The notes under the pieces were generated by a model. That model was not told where the DNA came from. It was given only the letters and a program-made list of their open reading frames with translations, and searched no databases. A DNA stretch of 64,000 nt from the NCBI RefSeq assembly GCF_055900595.2, contig NZ_CM148325.1; one strand, 5' to 3'. Position 1 is the first letter of the stretch, and each line of letters opens with the position of its first letter. Position numbers and translations under genes: made by a program. This document shows positions 27,509 to 39,537 of this stretch, piece after piece.

Positions 27509-28576
27509 TTAATTGGTTGCCGGATATTCCTGAATGGTGACCTGCAGCGTTAACTGCTTATCATCACGCATCACTACAACCGGGATCACCGAGCCAGGGC
27601 GAATTTCCGCCACCTGATCCATCGTCTCCAGAGCAGAGATGGCCGGTTTGTTATCCACCGAAATAATCAAATCATTGACCTGTATACCCGCATTCGCCGC
27701 CGGGCCGTCAGGCGACACTTCATTAACTACGATACCTTGCAGTTGATCTATGCCACCGCCCTGCGCATGCAGTGGTGCGATCTCACGTCCGCCGATACCA
27801 ATGTAGCCGCGGATCACGCGACCATCGCGGATCAGCTTATCCATAATTTTGGTTGCTAACTGGAAAGGAATCGCAAAGCCGATACCTTCCGGCGTTTCGC
27901 CATCGTTACTCTTATCAAACGACAGCGTGTTAATGCCCATCAGTTCGCCCAGCGAGTTCACCAGCGCGCCGCCAGAGTTACCGTGGTTAATGGAAGCATC
28001 GGTTTGCAGGAAGTTTTGCCGCCCGGTCGGATTAAGACCGATTCGACCCGTGGCACTAATAATCCCCTGGGTAATGGTCTGCCCGAGGTTGTACGGGTTA
28101 CCGATCGCCAGTACCACATCGCCGATGTGCGGTACGCGACGTGCATTGATTGGAATGGTAGGTAAACCGCCAGTGGCATTAATTTTAAGTACCGCCAGAT
28201 CGGTTAGAGAGTCAGATCCCACCAGTAATGCTTCAAATACACGTCCATCTTGTAAGGCGACGATGATCTGATCGGCGTCGTTGATGACGTGTTTATTGGT
28301 GATGATATAACCGCGTTGATCCATGATTACACCGGATCCCAGGGTGCGGATCTCAAGCTGGTTGTGAGAGTTGGTGTTCAAACCACGGTTGTAAACGTTA
28401 ACCACCGCTGGCGCGGCGCGGCGAACCGCCAGATTATAGCTGGCAGGCGTCTCATCGGTACTGTCAAATTGCGGAGTGGAAAGCGGGTTAAGGCTGCGCA
28501 GCGAAGGCATGGCAACCAGCAGAATAGCGCCGACAATTAATCCAATCGCAACGGAACGTAAGAGCTTCACAAACAT
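27509..28576 (-). CDS. degS: Serine endoprotease DegS (sigma-E pathway site-1 protease)
   Basis: 355 aa with an N-terminal transmembrane anchor, a trypsin-like domain and one PDZ domain. Confidence 0.95.
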   Translation of the reverse strand: MFVKLLRSVAIGLIVGAILLVAMPSLRSLNPLSTPQFDSTDETPASYNLAVRRAAPAVVNVYNRGLNTNSHNQLEIRTLGSGVIMDQRGYIITNKHVINDADQIIVALQDGRVFEALLVGSDSLTDLAVLKINATGGLPTIPINARRVPHIGDVVLAIGNPYNLGQTITQGIISATGRIGLNPTGRQNFLQTDASINHGNSGGALVNSLGELMGINTLSFDKSNDGETPEGIGFAIPFQLATKIMDKLIRDGRVIRGYIGIGGREIAPLHAQGGGIDQLQGIVVNEVSPDGPAANAGIQVNDLIISVDNKPAISALETMDQVAEIRPGSVIPVVVMRDDKQLTLQVTIQEYPATN

Positions 28577-28665
28577 GATGGAGGCGTCATTAAAAAAGGG
28601 AACGGCAGCAGCATACCACGAGTTAACCGGACATCACACGTCAGCCTGATGCCCGGTTTACGACA

Positions 28666-30033
28666 TTAACGCATCAGCAAATAGATGCTTTCATTGCCGC
28701 GTACAATTTGCAGGGCGATGATGGCCGGTTTTGCCGCCAGCACTTTACGCATTTCAGCAATCGAGTTCACCCGATCGCGGTTGACGCCAATGATCACATC
28801 GTCTTTTTGCAAGCCTGCCTGAGCAGCTGGGCTTCCTTTGACAACCTCATCGATCTTAATACCTTTGCCGCCATCTTTTAGCTGACCATCGCTCAACGTT
28901 GCACCTTCCAGCGCTGGCGTGATCATTTCAGCACTGGCCGACGAAGAGGTACTGGTATCGAGCGTCACTTCTACTTCCAGTGGTTTGCCATTACGCAGCA
29001 GGCCGAGCTTTACTTTCGTGCCCGGCTCGGTGGTTGCGATACGAGAGCGCAACTCAGCAAAGCTATTCAGCGGTTTGCCGTTGAGGCTGGTAATAATATC
29101 GCCCGCTTTGATGCCCGCTTTTGCCGAGCCAGAACCTGGCAACACTTCGCTGACAAACGCGCCACGCTGCACGTCAAGGTTGAAGGCTTTGGCGATATCG
29201 GCACTCATCTCGGTGCCTTTGATGCCTAACAGACCGCGTTTGATTTCACCAAAGTCGATAAGCTGCTGCGCCAGTGTTCGCGCCATATTACTGGGGATGG
29301 CAAATCCAATCCCGACGCTCCCACCGCCAGGCGCAAGGATTGCAGTGTTGATGCCAATTAACTCACCGTTAAGGTTTAACAGTGCACCGCCGGAGTTACC
29401 GCGGTTAATGGAAGCATCTGTCTGGATAAAGTTTTCAAGACCTTCAAGATTCAATCCGCTGCGGCCTAATGCGGAAACAATGCCAGAGGTGGCGGTTTGC
29501 CCAAGGCCAAATGGGTTACCGACTGCCACGGCAAAATCACCGACGCGCAGTTTGTCTGAGTCGGCAATGGCGATTTGCGTTAATTTACTCGGGTTTTGAA
29601 TTTGCAAAAGGGCGATATCGCTTTGGTCATCGCTACCAATCAGTTTTGCATCAAACTCGCGCCCATCATTGAGTTGAATACTGATTTTCTGTGCCTGATT
29701 AATCACATGGTTGTTGGTCAGAACATAGCCTTTACTGGCGTTGATGATGACACCGGAGCCTAAACCTTCGAAAGGTTGTGCAGGTTGATCCGGTAAATCA
29801 TCACCAAAAAACTTTTTGAATTCTTCCGGGATTTTCTGTCCCTGACTGGCCGTTCCTTCCACTCGTACGCTCACCACTGCCGGAAGCACTTTTTCCAGCA
29901 TTGGGGCCAGACTGGGGAGAGGGGCCTGATCGGCAACCTGGCCTGGAATCGACGCAACGGCCTGAAATGACGCCGAGAGAGTTAACCCGACACTTAACGC
30001 TAATGCACTCAACAGCTGGGTTTGTTTTTTCAT
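28666..30033 (-). CDS. degQ: Periplasmic serine endoprotease DegQ
   Basis: 455 aa from MKKQTQLLSALALSVGLTLSASFQAVA, with a trypsin-like domain and two PDZ domains. Confidence 0.95.
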   Translation of the reverse strand: MKKQTQLLSALALSVGLTLSASFQAVASIPGQVADQAPLPSLAPMLEKVLPAVVSVRVEGTASQGQKIPEEFKKFFGDDLPDQPAQPFEGLGSGVIINASKGYVLTNNHVINQAQKISIQLNDGREFDAKLIGSDDQSDIALLQIQNPSKLTQIAIADSDKLRVGDFAVAVGNPFGLGQTATSGIVSALGRSGLNLEGLENFIQTDASINRGNSGGALLNLNGELIGINTAILAPGGGSVGIGFAIPSNMARTLAQQLIDFGEIKRGLLGIKGTEMSADIAKAFNLDVQRGAFVSEVLPGSGSAKAGIKAGDIITSLNGKPLNSFAELRSRIATTEPGTKVKLGLLRNGKPLEVEVTLDTSTSSSASAEMITPALEGATLSDGQLKDGGKGIKIDEVVKGSPAAQAGLQKDDVIIGVNRDRVNSIAEMRKVLAAKPAIIALQIVRGNESIYLLMR

Positions 30034-30186
30034 TATTCCTGCTCTCGTACCTGAATGATAAGAAAAGAGATTCAAAACAGTTTGATGTTATTGAATTTTC
30101 AGACGGCTAACAATGAGACACCAGATTAAATGATAGTCGGGGAGGGAAAGAAGAGGAGGGCGCAATGGCTGCGCCCGAAAAATAAA

Positions 30187-30585
30187 TTAGTCGCGCTTCG
30201 CGCCAGTACGCAGCAGGCCTGACGCGCCTTCAGAATAGTCGCGTGGCATTTGCACCGGCGCCTGATCGTTGCTGGCTTCAGACTCTGCCAGACGATTACG
30301 GAACGGGTTTGCTTCAGCAGACAGTTCCGGCAGCAGGCTGCTGGAGCTTTTCGCCATGTGTTGATACAGCTGGCGATAGTCGTGCGCCATGGTATCCAGT
30401 AATTCCGCGCTGCGGGCAAAGTGGCTAACCAGCTCTTCGCGATACTCGTCCAGTTCAGCTTTATTCTTTTCCAGTTCGTACTGCAACGCCTGTTGCTGGC
30501 GTAGTTTACGATTACCAAAACGCATGGCCACAGCACCAATAATGATGCCGACGACTAACCCAATTAGCGCATATTCCCAGGTCAT
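30187..30585 (-). CDS. zapG: Z-ring-associated inner membrane protein ZapG (YhcB)
   Basis: 132 aa from MTWEYALIGLVVGIIIGAVAMRF.... Confidence 0.9.
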   Translation of the reverse strand: MTWEYALIGLVVGIIIGAVAMRFGNRKLRQQQALQYELEKNKAELDEYREELVSHFARSAELLDTMAHDYRQLYQHMAKSSSSLLPELSAEANPFRNRLAESEASNDQAPVQMPRDYSEGASGLLRTGAKRD

Positions 30586-30778
30586 GAACATCTCCCGTTG
30601 TCTTTTGTTTCCGTAGGGTGTTGGCTTCAGGCTCCATGCCTGCGGCTGATTATGCCACTATAACCGTTAATTCCACAGAAGTGGAATCCCGACTCCATAT
30701 CCCGTAGTGTAGAACGGCCTTTTTTTCGTCAACCGTGAACAACGGCGCACCGATTATTCAAGGAATAACAATAAGATC

Positions 30779-31906
30779 ATGCAAAGCGTTACCCCAACAT
30801 CGCAATACCTGAAGGCGCTCAATGAAGGCAGCCATCAACCCGACGACGTTCAAAAAGAGGCCGTCAGCCGCCTGGAAATTATTTATCAGGAACTCATCAA
30901 TAGCACGCCTCCAGCCCCCAGGACGAGTGGGCTAATGGCGCGGGTCGGTAAGCTGTGGGGTAAACGCGAAGACACACAGCATACGCCAGTGCGTGGCTTA
31001 TATATGTGGGGCGGGGTAGGACGCGGGAAAACCTGGCTGATGGACCTTTTCTATCAAAGCCTGCCGGGAGAGCGGAAACAGCGTCTGCACTTTCACCGTT
31101 TTATGCTGCGGGTACATGAAGAGCTAACTGCTTTGCAGGGGCAGACCGATCCGCTGGAAATTATTGCCGATCGCTTTAAAGCAGAAACTGACGTGCTCTG
31201 TTTTGACGAATTTTTTGTTTCTGATATTACCGATGCCATGCTACTTGGCGGCCTGATGAAAGCCCTGTTCGCCCGCGGTATTACCCTGGTAGCGACGTCA
31301 AATATTCCGCCGGACGAACTTTATCGAAATGGCCTGCAACGTGCGCGTTTTTTGCCTGCAATCGATGCCATTAAACAGCATTGTGATGTAATGAACGTGG
31401 ACGCCGGTGTTGATTATCGACTGCGTACGCTCACTCAGGCGCACCTGTGGCTTTCGCCACTCAACGATGAAACCCGGACGCAAATGGACAAACTATGGTT
31501 GGCGCTGGCGGGGGCGAAACGAGAAAATTCACCGACGTTAGAAATCAACCATCGGCCATTGGCGACAATGGGCGTCGAGAACCAGACGCTGGCGGTCTCT
31601 TTTACTACGCTGTGCGTCGACGCCCGTAGTCAGCATGACTATATTGCGCTCTCACGCCTCTTTCACACGGTCATGTTGTTTGATGTACCAGTTATGACGC
31701 GGTTGATGGAGAGCGAAGCGCGGCGCTTTATTGCGCTGGTGGATGAGTTTTACGAGCGCCATGTCAAATTAGTGGTGAGTGCAGAAGTGCCGCTGTATGA
31801 AATTTATCAGGGCGATCGGCTGAAGTTTGAGTTCCAGCGTTGCCTGTCACGTCTGCAAGAGATGCAAAGCGAAGAGTATCTGAAGCGCGAGCATTTAGCG
31901 GGTTAA
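30779..31906 (+). CDS. zapE: Cell division ATPase ZapE (YhcM)
   Basis: 375 aa with Walker A GGVGRGKT. Confidence 0.93.
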   Translation: MQSVTPTSQYLKALNEGSHQPDDVQKEAVSRLEIIYQELINSTPPAPRTSGLMARVGKLWGKREDTQHTPVRGLYMWGGVGRGKTWLMDLFYQSLPGERKQRLHFHRFMLRVHEELTALQGQTDPLEIIADRFKAETDVLCFDEFFVSDITDAMLLGGLMKALFARGITLVATSNIPPDELYRNGLQRARFLPAIDAIKQHCDVMNVDAGVDYRLRTLTQAHLWLSPLNDETRTQMDKLWLALAGAKRENSPTLEINHRPLATMGVENQTLAVSFTTLCVDARSQHDYIALSRLFHTVMLFDVPVMTRLMESEARRFIALVDEFYERHVKLVVSAEVPLYEIYQGDRLKFEFQRCLSRLQEMQSEEYLKREHLAG

Positions 31907-32037
31907 AACCTGCCACAAATCACAAAAAGGGGTCGATCTTTGACCCCGACTTCTCTATAATCCTGCGACCCCACGTTACAAGAAAGTTTTTTTCCCAAAA
32001 CTTTTTGTGTGCTGGCATAGGCTATTCGAAGGGGTAG

Positions 32038-32553
<516 letters not shown>

Positions 32554-32565
32554 TCGGGATTATAG

Positions 32566-32961
<396 letters not shown>

Positions 32962-32993
32962 TTGGCTTCTGCTCCGGCAGAAAACAATTTGCG

Positions 32994-33021
32994 AAAAAAC
33001 CCGCTTCGGCGGGTTTTTTTA
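32994..33021 (+). terminator. Rho-independent terminator of the rplM-rpsI operon
   Basis: AAAAAACCCGC-TTCG-GCGGGTTTTTTT. Confidence 0.9.
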
Positions 33022-33353
33022 TGGCTAAAATCTGAATCAGCGTAAAAAAAGGAATGTTGATTTTTGCTATCGCCTGACAGACAGAAAACAAAAACCACAT
33101 CGCCGATAAGGGACTAAGTCAACCATTTCAGACTAAAGCGCATCTCTTTTTCCCCATTTCCGGCATCGACTCACCACAAAGGTCACAAAATCTGGTAAAC
33201 TATCATCCAATTTTCTGCCCAAATGTCGGGTATTGCTCATTTTTTGTTTGATTTTCGAACAAAGAGAGTCGTTCCTTACTGGGTAACACAACTTCTGACT
33301 GGCCACCTGGTGGCTGGTAGCAGTAAAAATTCTGACTATACCTGGAGGTTTTC

Positions 33354-33992
33354 ATGGCTGTCGCTGCCAACAAACGTTCGGTAATGACGCTGTTTTCCGG
33401 TCCTACTGACATCTATAGCCATCAGGTCCGCATTGTGCTGGCTGAGAAAGGTGTAAGTTTCGAGATCGAACACGTGGAAAAGGACAATCCGCCTCAGGAT
33501 CTGATTGACCTCAACCCGAATCAGAGCGTTCCGACCCTGGTGGATCGTGAGCTGACCCTGTGGGAATCTCGCATCATTATGGAATATCTGGATGAGCGTT
33601 TCCCGCATCCGCCACTGATGCCTGTTTACCCGGTAGCTCGCGGTGAAAGCCGTCTGTACATGCATCGCATCGAAAAAGACTGGTACACGCTGATGAACAC
33701 CATCATCAACGGTTCAGCTTCTGAAGCAGATGCCGCACGTAAGCAACTGCGCGAAGAACTGCTGGCGATTGCGCCGGTCTTCGGTCAGAAGCCGTACTTC
33801 CTGAGCGATGAGTTCAGCCTGGTCGATTGCTACCTTGCTCCGCTGCTGTGGCGTCTGCCGCAACTGGGCATCGAGTTCAGCGGCCCGGGTGCGAAAGAGC
33901 TGAAAGGCTATATGACCCGCGTCTTTGAACGTGACTCTTTCCTTGCTTCTTTAACTGAAGCTGAACGTGAAATGCGTCTGGGCCGGAGTTAA
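33354..33992 (+). CDS. sspA: Stringent starvation protein A
   Basis: 212 aa with a GST-like fold, MAVAANKRSVMTLFSGPTDIYSHQVRIVL.... Confidence 0.96.
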   Translation: MAVAANKRSVMTLFSGPTDIYSHQVRIVLAEKGVSFEIEHVEKDNPPQDLIDLNPNQSVPTLVDRELTLWESRIIMEYLDERFPHPPLMPVYPVARGESRLYMHRIEKDWYTLMNTIINGSASEADAARKQLREELLAIAPVFGQKPYFLSDEFSLVDCYLAPLLWRLPQLGIEFSGPGAKELKGYMTRVFERDSFLASLTEAEREMRLGRS

Positions 33993-33997
33993 TCTGT

Positions 33998-34495
33998 ATG
34001 GATTTGTCACAGCTAACACCACGTCGTCCCTATCTGCTGCGTGCATTCTATGAGTGGTTGCTGGATAACCAGCTCACGCCGCACCTGGTGGTGGATGTGA
34101 CGCTCCCTGGCGTGCAGGTTCCTATGGAATATGCGCGTGACGGGCAAATCGTACTCAACATTGCGCCGCGTGCTGTCGGCAATCTGGAACTGGCGAATGA
34201 TGAGGTGCGCTTTAACGCGCGCTTTGGTGGCATTCCGCGTCAGGTTTCTGTGCCGCTGGCTGCCGTGCTGGCTATCTACGCCCGTGAAAATGGCGCAGGC
34301 ACGATGTTTGAACCTGAAGCTGCCTACGATGAAGATGCCAGCATCATGAATGATGAAGAGGCATCGGCAGACAACGAAACCGTTATGTCGGTTATTGATG
34401 GCGACAAGCCAGATCACGATGATGACACTCATCCTGACGATGAACCACCGCAGCCACCACGCGGTGGTCGACCGGCATTACGCGTTGTGAAGTAA
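33998..34495 (+). CDS. sspB: ClpXP adaptor SspB
   Basis: 165 aa with an acidic tail ending RGGRPALRVVK (ClpX-binding motif). Confidence 0.96.
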   Translation: MDLSQLTPRRPYLLRAFYEWLLDNQLTPHLVVDVTLPGVQVPMEYARDGQIVLNIAPRAVGNLELANDEVRFNARFGGIPRQVSVPLAAVLAIYARENGAGTMFEPEAAYDEDASIMNDEEASADNETVMSVIDGDKPDHDDDTHPDDEPPQPPRGGRPALRVVK

Positions 34496-34499
34496 AATG

Positions 34500-34528
34500 A
34501 AAACAGGCCCTGGCGGCCTGTTTTGTCT
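34500..34528. terminator. Bidirectional terminator between sspB (+) and dcuD (-)
   Basis: ACAGGCC-CTGGC-GGCCTGT hairpin followed by TTTTGTCTTC on the + strand and flanked by an A-rich run on the other side. Confidence 0.75.
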
Positions 34529-34538
34529 TCTTTATCGC

Positions 34539-35906
34539 TTAATAAAATAGCGTGATTGTGGCAATCATATTCACCACGAAACCGACTGCCATGGGGATCG
34601 CTGTCCGCTTCACCACTGCAAAAGGCGAAACACCTGCAATTCCTGATGTAACGACCACCACCGCAGTAATCGGCGAAACAGCGCGCGCTAGCGTCGTGGC
34701 AAAATGCATCGGCATAATCATTACAACCGCAGGTACATGTAGTCCGGCTGCGATATTCGGAATAAGACTGGCAAATGACATAAATGGCGCATTGCCTGAG
34801 CCCATCACAATGGCACAAATGGCAATGACCAGCGCCATAATAATCATCACGCCAATACCGCCCAGACCAGAATGCTCCGCACCCCTGATAACCGCATCGA
34901 CAGTGCCAATTGTCGTTAAGCCCTTCGCAAATATTTCACCCGCGACCACCAGCGTTACCACGTTGGCAAACTGCGTACCCATGCCGTCAAAAAACGCCTG
35001 CACATCGTCCATTGTTTCGCGCAAATTATGCTTGCGGAAAAACTCAACAAACATCGTCACCGTCAAACTCAGTAACATCACCACCACCAGATGCAGTTCT
35101 GACTGCATCAGTCCAGCGTGGGCGAGGAACAGCGAGCCGAGCATCAGGATTAACGGCATCACCGGTAAAATGGCGTAATAAAGCGGTGGGACATTATCGA
35201 GAGCTTTTTGCTCCGCCTGCTCGTGATTGATATTTTTATCTTTTTTGTCAAAAGCGCGTTGCACGAAAAAGTGAGAGATCGCTACCGAGATAATGACGCA
35301 AGAGGCGACCGGAAGCTGGTAGTGGAAGAAGTAAGTGGCAATTTTCATTCCTGCCACCTGGGCCGCAAAAATAGAGTTCGTTTCCAGAATCCCCCACTCA
35401 ATGGACATCGTGGTTGCGATAACTGCCACCGCAGAGAGTCGACTTACTCCCAGACTCACCAGTGTCGGAAATAAGGTGACCATCAGCAACATACCCAGAC
35501 CGGAGGCGCTGGTAATAAACTGCGCCATGATTTGGCCGATGACGTAAGTTGCCGACAGAATAATATACGGCGAGCGAATGAGTTTTAACGGGCGGCTTAA
35601 CAAGCTCACCATCGCCCGACTGGCTCCTATGCGCTCCATGTAGCGGGCATACCCGCCCACCGCCATAATCGACAACCCTAACCCGGCAATGCGGTTGGAC
35701 AGCATGCGCAGGATTTCATTATAAATATCGACGATCAAGTAGCCGCTGCTTTGGGTGGGATCGAGTACTCCACCGAACCCTAACCAGACACCGCACATCA
35801 TCAGGAAGATACCTGCGGCAGCCAGCACCACTTGAGGTTTGTAGTTTTTCAGGATCAAATAGCCCATCGTCATTAATACGATGACAGATATAATTATGCC
35901 GAACAT
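34539..35906 (-). CDS. dcuD: Anaerobic C4-dicarboxylate transporter DcuD (DcuC family)
   Basis: 455 aa from [37 protein letters not shown]...; polytopic membrane protein. Confidence 0.9.
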   Translation of the reverse strand: MFGIIISVIVLMTMGYLILKNYKPQVVLAAAGIFLMMCGVWLGFGGVLDPTQSSGYLIVDIYNEILRMLSNRIAGLGLSIMAVGGYARYMERIGASRAMVSLLSRPLKLIRSPYIILSATYVIGQIMAQFITSASGLGMLLMVTLFPTLVSLGVSRLSAVAVIATTMSIEWGILETNSIFAAQVAGMKIATYFFHYQLPVASCVIISVAISHFFVQRAFDKKDKNINHEQAEQKALDNVPPLYYAILPVMPLILMLGSLFLAHAGLMQSELHLVVVMLLSLTVTMFVEFFRKHNLRETMDDVQAFFDGMGTQFANVVTLVVAGEIFAKGLTTIGTVDAVIRGAEHSGLGGIGVMIIMALVIAICAIVMGSGNAPFMSFASLIPNIAAGLHVPAVVMIMPMHFATTLARAVSPITAVVVVTSGIAGVSPFAVVKRTAIPMAVGFVVNMIATITLFY

Positions 35907-36284
35907 TGTTGAACTCCGTGTCAAAAGAAAACGGTCAATCCCATAAACGGCAGATTGAAAACAGTGATGTTATATTTTTTGCAAGGCTATTTATGGTGTT
36001 GGTGTCGTATTTTTTAATTCTGGATGAGGCAATTTTTCATTATAAAATATGCATTTATGATTATTTTGTAAGAACATATTCGTAATATTCATAATGCTTG
36101 TGAATAGTCTTATGAATAATTCATTCAGGATGTTTTATCGGCGTTACACTAATTTTCGCAATAGTTAATTATTACGTTAATTATGATAATAATGAGACAC
36201 AAAGAGAAAAAACCGCCATTTCCCCCTACTTTCAATCCTGTGATAGGATGTCACTGATGATGTTAATCACACTGACCTTACAGA

Positions 36285-37076
36285 ATGGGCCTTATGAACG
36301 CATTTGATTCGCAAACCGAAGATTCTTCACCTGCAATTGGTCGCAACTTGCGTAGCCGCCCGCTGGCGCGTAAGAAACTCTCCGAAATGGTGGAAGAAGA
36401 GCTGGAACAGATGATCCGCCGCCGTGAATTTGGCGAAGGTGAACAATTACCGTCTGAACGCGAACTGATGGCGTTCTTTAACGTCGGGCGTCCTTCTGTG
36501 CGCGAAGCGCTGGCAGCGTTAAAACGCAAAGGTCTGGTGCAAATAAACAACGGCGAACGTGCCCGCGTCTCGCGTCCTTCAGCGGACACCATCATCGGCG
36601 AGCTTTCCGGCATGGCGAAAGATTTCCTTTCTCATCCTGGCGGAATTGCCCATTTCGAACAATTACGTCTGTTCTTTGAATCCAGCCTGGTGCGCTATGC
36701 GGCTGAACACGCCACCGATGAGCAAATCGATTTGCTGGCAAAAGCACTGGAAATCAACAGTCAGTCGCTTGATAACAACGCGGCATTCATTCGTTCAGAC
36801 GTTGATTTCCACCGCGTGCTGGCGGAGATCCCCGGTAACCCAATCTTCATGGCGATCCATGTTGCCCTGCTCGATTGGCTGATCGCCGCGCGCCCAACGG
36901 TAGCTGATCAGGCTCTGCATGAGCATAACAACGTTAGCTATCAACAGCATATTGCGATCGTTGACGCGATCCGTCGTCATGATCCTGACGAAGCCGATCG
37001 CGCGTTGCAATCGCATCTCAACAGCGTCTCTGCTACCTGGCACGCCTTCGGTCAGACCACCAACAAAAAGAAATAA
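36285..37076 (+). CDS. nanR: Sialic acid regulon repressor NanR (GntR/FadR family)
   Basis: 263 aa with an N-terminal GntR helix-turn-helix. It lies immediately upstream of the nan operator and nanA. Confidence 0.93.
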   Translation: MGLMNAFDSQTEDSSPAIGRNLRSRPLARKKLSEMVEEELEQMIRRREFGEGEQLPSERELMAFFNVGRPSVREALAALKRKGLVQINNGERARVSRPSADTIIGELSGMAKDFLSHPGGIAHFEQLRLFFESSLVRYAAEHATDEQIDLLAKALEINSQSLDNNAAFIRSDVDFHRVLAEIPGNPIFMAIHVALLDWLIAARPTVADQALHEHNNVSYQQHIAIVDAIRRHDPDEADRALQSHLNSVSATWHAFGQTTNKKK

Positions 37077-37139
37077 TGCCACTTTAGTGAAGCAGATCGC
37101 ATTATAAGCTTTCTGTATGGGGTGTTGCTTAATTGATCT

Positions 37140-37162
37140 GGTATAACAGGTATAAAGGTATA
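37140..37162 (+). promoter_or_regulatory. NanR operator: three direct GGTATA repeats of the nanA promoter region
   Basis: GGTATAACAGGTATAAAGGTATA, i.e. GGTATA three times at 11-bp spacing, the known NanR binding repeat. Confidence 0.8.
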
Positions 37163-37176
37163 TCGTTTATCAGACA

Positions 37177-37185
37177 AGCATCACT
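37177..37185. repeat. IS10 target-site duplication, left copy
   Basis: AGCATCACT immediately outside the IS10 outside end; identical to the 9 bp at 38515-38523. Confidence 0.9.
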
Positions 37186-37230
37186 CTGATGAATCCCCTA
37201 ATGATTTTGGTAAAAATCATTAAGTTAAGG

Positions 37231-37300
37231 TGGATACACATCTTGTCATATGATCAAATGGTTTCGCCAAAAATCAATAATCAGACAACAAAATGTGCGA
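37231..37300 (-). ncRNA. IS10 antisense RNA-OUT (from pOUT); position inferred from the canonical IS10 map
   Basis: In canonical IS10, pOUT fires outward from about element position 115 and RNA-OUT ends near position 46. These are mapped onto the window by offset; no independent signal was checked. A dam GATC site at the pIN -10 region (CATATGATCAAATGG) is present. Confidence 0.45.
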
Positions 37301-38501
37301 ACTCGATATTTTACACGACTCTCTTTACCAATTCTGCCCCGAATTACACTTAAAACGACTCAACAGCTTAACGTTGGCTTGCCACGCCTTACTTGACTGT
37401 AAAACTCTCACTCTTACCGAACTTGGCCGTAACCTGCCAACCAAAGCGAGAACAAAACATAACATCAAACGAATCGACCGATTGTTAGGTAATCGTCACC
37501 TCCACAAAGAGCGACTCGCTGTATACCGTTGGCATGCTAGCTTTATCTGTTCGGGCAATACGATGCCCATTGTACTTGTTGACTGGTCTGATATCCGTGA
37601 GCAAAAACGGCTTATGGTATTGCGAGCTTCAGTCGCACTACACGGTCGTTCTGTTACTCTTTATGAGAAAGCGTTCCCGCTTTCAGAGCAATGTTCAAAG
37701 AAAGCTCATGACCAATTTCTAGCCGACCTTGCGAGCATTCTACCGAGTAACACCACACCGCTCATTGTCAGTGATGCTGGCTTTAAAGTGCCATGGTATA
37801 AATCCGTTGAGAAGCTGGGTTGGTACTGGTTAAGTCGAGTAAGAGGAAAAGTACAATATGCAGACCTAGGAGCGGAAAACTGGAAACCTATCAGCAACTT
37901 ACATGATATGTCATCTAGTCACTCAAAGACTTTAGGCTATAAGAGGCTGACTAAAAGCAATCCAATCTCATGCCAAATTCTATTGTATAAATCTCGCTCT
38001 AAAGGCCGAAAAAATCAGCGCTCGACACGGACTCATTGTCACCACCCGTCACCTAAAATCTACTCAGCGTCGGCAAAGGAGCCATGGATTCTAGCAACTA
38101 ACTTACCTGTTGAAATTCGAACACCCAAACAACTTGTTAATATCTATTCGAAGCGAATGCAGATTGAAGAAACCTTCCGAGACTTGAAAAGTCCTGCCTA
38201 CGGACTAGGCCTACGCCATAGCCGAACGAGCAGCTCAGAGCGTTTTGATATCATGCTGCTAATCGCCCTGATGCTTCAACTAACATGTTGGCTTGCGGGC
38301 GTTCATGCTCAGAAACAAGGTTGGGACAAGCACTTCCAGGCTAACACAGTCAGAAATCGAAACGTACTCTCAACAGTTCGCTTAGGCATGGAAGTTTTGC
38401 GGCATTCTGGCTACACAATAACAAGGGAAGACTCACTCGTGGCTGCAACCCTGCTTACTCAAAATCTATTCACACATGGTTACGTTTTGGGGAAATTATG
38501 A
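37293..38501 (+). CDS. IS10 transposase
   Basis: 402 aa, [151 protein letters not shown]..., recognised as the IS10/Tn10 transposase. Full length with no frameshift. Confidence 0.97.
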   Translation: MCELDILHDSLYQFCPELHLKRLNSLTLACHALLDCKTLTLTELGRNLPTKARTKHNIKRIDRLLGNRHLHKERLAVYRWHASFICSGNTMPIVLVDWSDIREQKRLMVLRASVALHGRSVTLYEKAFPLSEQCSKKAHDQFLADLASILPSNTTPLIVSDAGFKVPWYKSVEKLGWYWLSRVRGKVQYADLGAENWKPISNLHDMSSSHSKTLGYKRLTKSNPISCQILLYKSRSKGRKNQRSTRTHCHHPSPKIYSASAKEPWILATNLPVEIRTPKQLVNIYSKRMQIEETFRDLKSPAYGLGLRHSRTSSSERFDIMLLIALMLQLTCWLAGVHAQKQGWDKHFQANTVRNRNVLSTVRLGMEVLRHSGYTITREDSLVAATLLTQNLFTHGYVLGKL

Positions 38502-38514
38502 GGGGATCTCTCAG

Positions 38515-38523
38515 AGCATCACT
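38515..38523. repeat. IS10 target-site duplication, right copy
   Basis: AGCATCACT, identical to 37177-37185. Confidence 0.9.
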
Positions 38524-38535
38524 TCAGAGGTATTT

Positions 38536-39429
38536 ATGGCAACGAATTTACGTGGCGTAATGGCCGCACTCCTGACTCCTTTTGATCAACAACAAGCACT
38601 GGATAAAGCGAGTCTGCGTCGCCTGGTTCAGTTCAATATTCAGCAGGGCATCGACGGTTTATACGTGGGTGGTTCTACCGGCGAAGCCTTTGTACAAAGC
38701 CTTTCCGAGCGTGAACAGGTACTGGAAATCGTCGCCGAAGAGGCGAAAGGCAAGATTAAACTCATCGCCCACGTCGGTTGCGTCAGCACTGCTGAAAGCC
38801 AACAACTTGCGGCATCGGCTAAACGTTATGGCTTCGATGCCGTCTCCGCTGTCACGCCGTTCTACTATCCTTTCAGCTTTGAAGAACACTGCGATCACTA
38901 TCGGGCAATTATTGATTCGGCGGATGGTTTGCCGATGGTGGTGTACAACATTCCGGCGTTAAGCGGCGTTAAACTGACCCTGGATCAGATTAACACTCTG
39001 GTTAAGTTGCCTGGTGTCGGCGCGCTGAAACAGACCTCTGGCGATCTCTATCAGATGGAGCAGATCCGTCGTGAACATCCGGATCTGGTGCTCTATAACG
39101 GTTACGACGAAATCTTTGCTTCTGGTTTGTTGGCGGGCGCTGATGGTGGTATCGGCAGTACTTACAACATCATGGGCTGGCGTTATCAGGGTATCGTGAA
39201 GGCGCTGAAAGAAGGCGATATCCAGACCGCGCAGAAGCTGCAAACCGAATGTAATAAAGTCATTGATTTACTGATCAAAACGGGCGTATTCCGCGGCCTG
39301 AAAACGGTCCTGCACTATATGGATGTCGTTTCTGTGCCGCTGTGCCGCAAACCGTTTGGTCCGGTCGATGAAAAATATCTGCCAGAACTGAAGGCGCTAG
39401 CCCAGCAGTTGATGCAAGAGCGCGGGTGA
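38536..39429 (+). CDS. nanA: N-acetylneuraminate lyase
   Basis: 297 aa from [52 protein letters not shown].... The six-frame ORF's extra 20 N-terminal codons run into the IS10 inside end. Confidence 0.96.
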   Translation: MATNLRGVMAALLTPFDQQQALDKASLRRLVQFNIQQGIDGLYVGGSTGEAFVQSLSEREQVLEIVAEEAKGKIKLIAHVGCVSTAESQQLAASAKRYGFDAVSAVTPFYYPFSFEEHCDHYRAIIDSADGLPMVVYNIPALSGVKLTLDQINTLVKLPGVGALKQTSGDLYQMEQIRREHPDLVLYNGYDEIFASGLLAGADGGIGSTYNIMGWRYQGIVKALKEGDIQTAQKLQTECNKVIDLLIKTGVFRGLKTVLHYMDVVSVPLCRKPFGPVDEKYLPELKALAQQLMQERG

Positions 39430-39537
39430 GTTGTTTCCCCTCGCTCGCCCCTACCGGGTGAGGGGAAATAAACGCATCTGTACCCTACAATTTTTATACC
39501 AAAGCGTGTGGGCATCGCCCACCGCGGGAGACTCACA

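Larger units (their letters stand above)
37186..38514 (+). mobile_element. Insertion sequence IS10 (IS4 family), complete 1329-bp copy
   Basis: Outside end CTGATGAATCCCCTAATGATTTTGGTAAAAATCATTAAG at 37186 and inside end ...GGGGAAATTATGAGGGGATCTCTCAG ending at 38514. The transposase ATG is at element position 108, and perfect 9-bp direct repeats flank the element. Confidence 0.97.
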
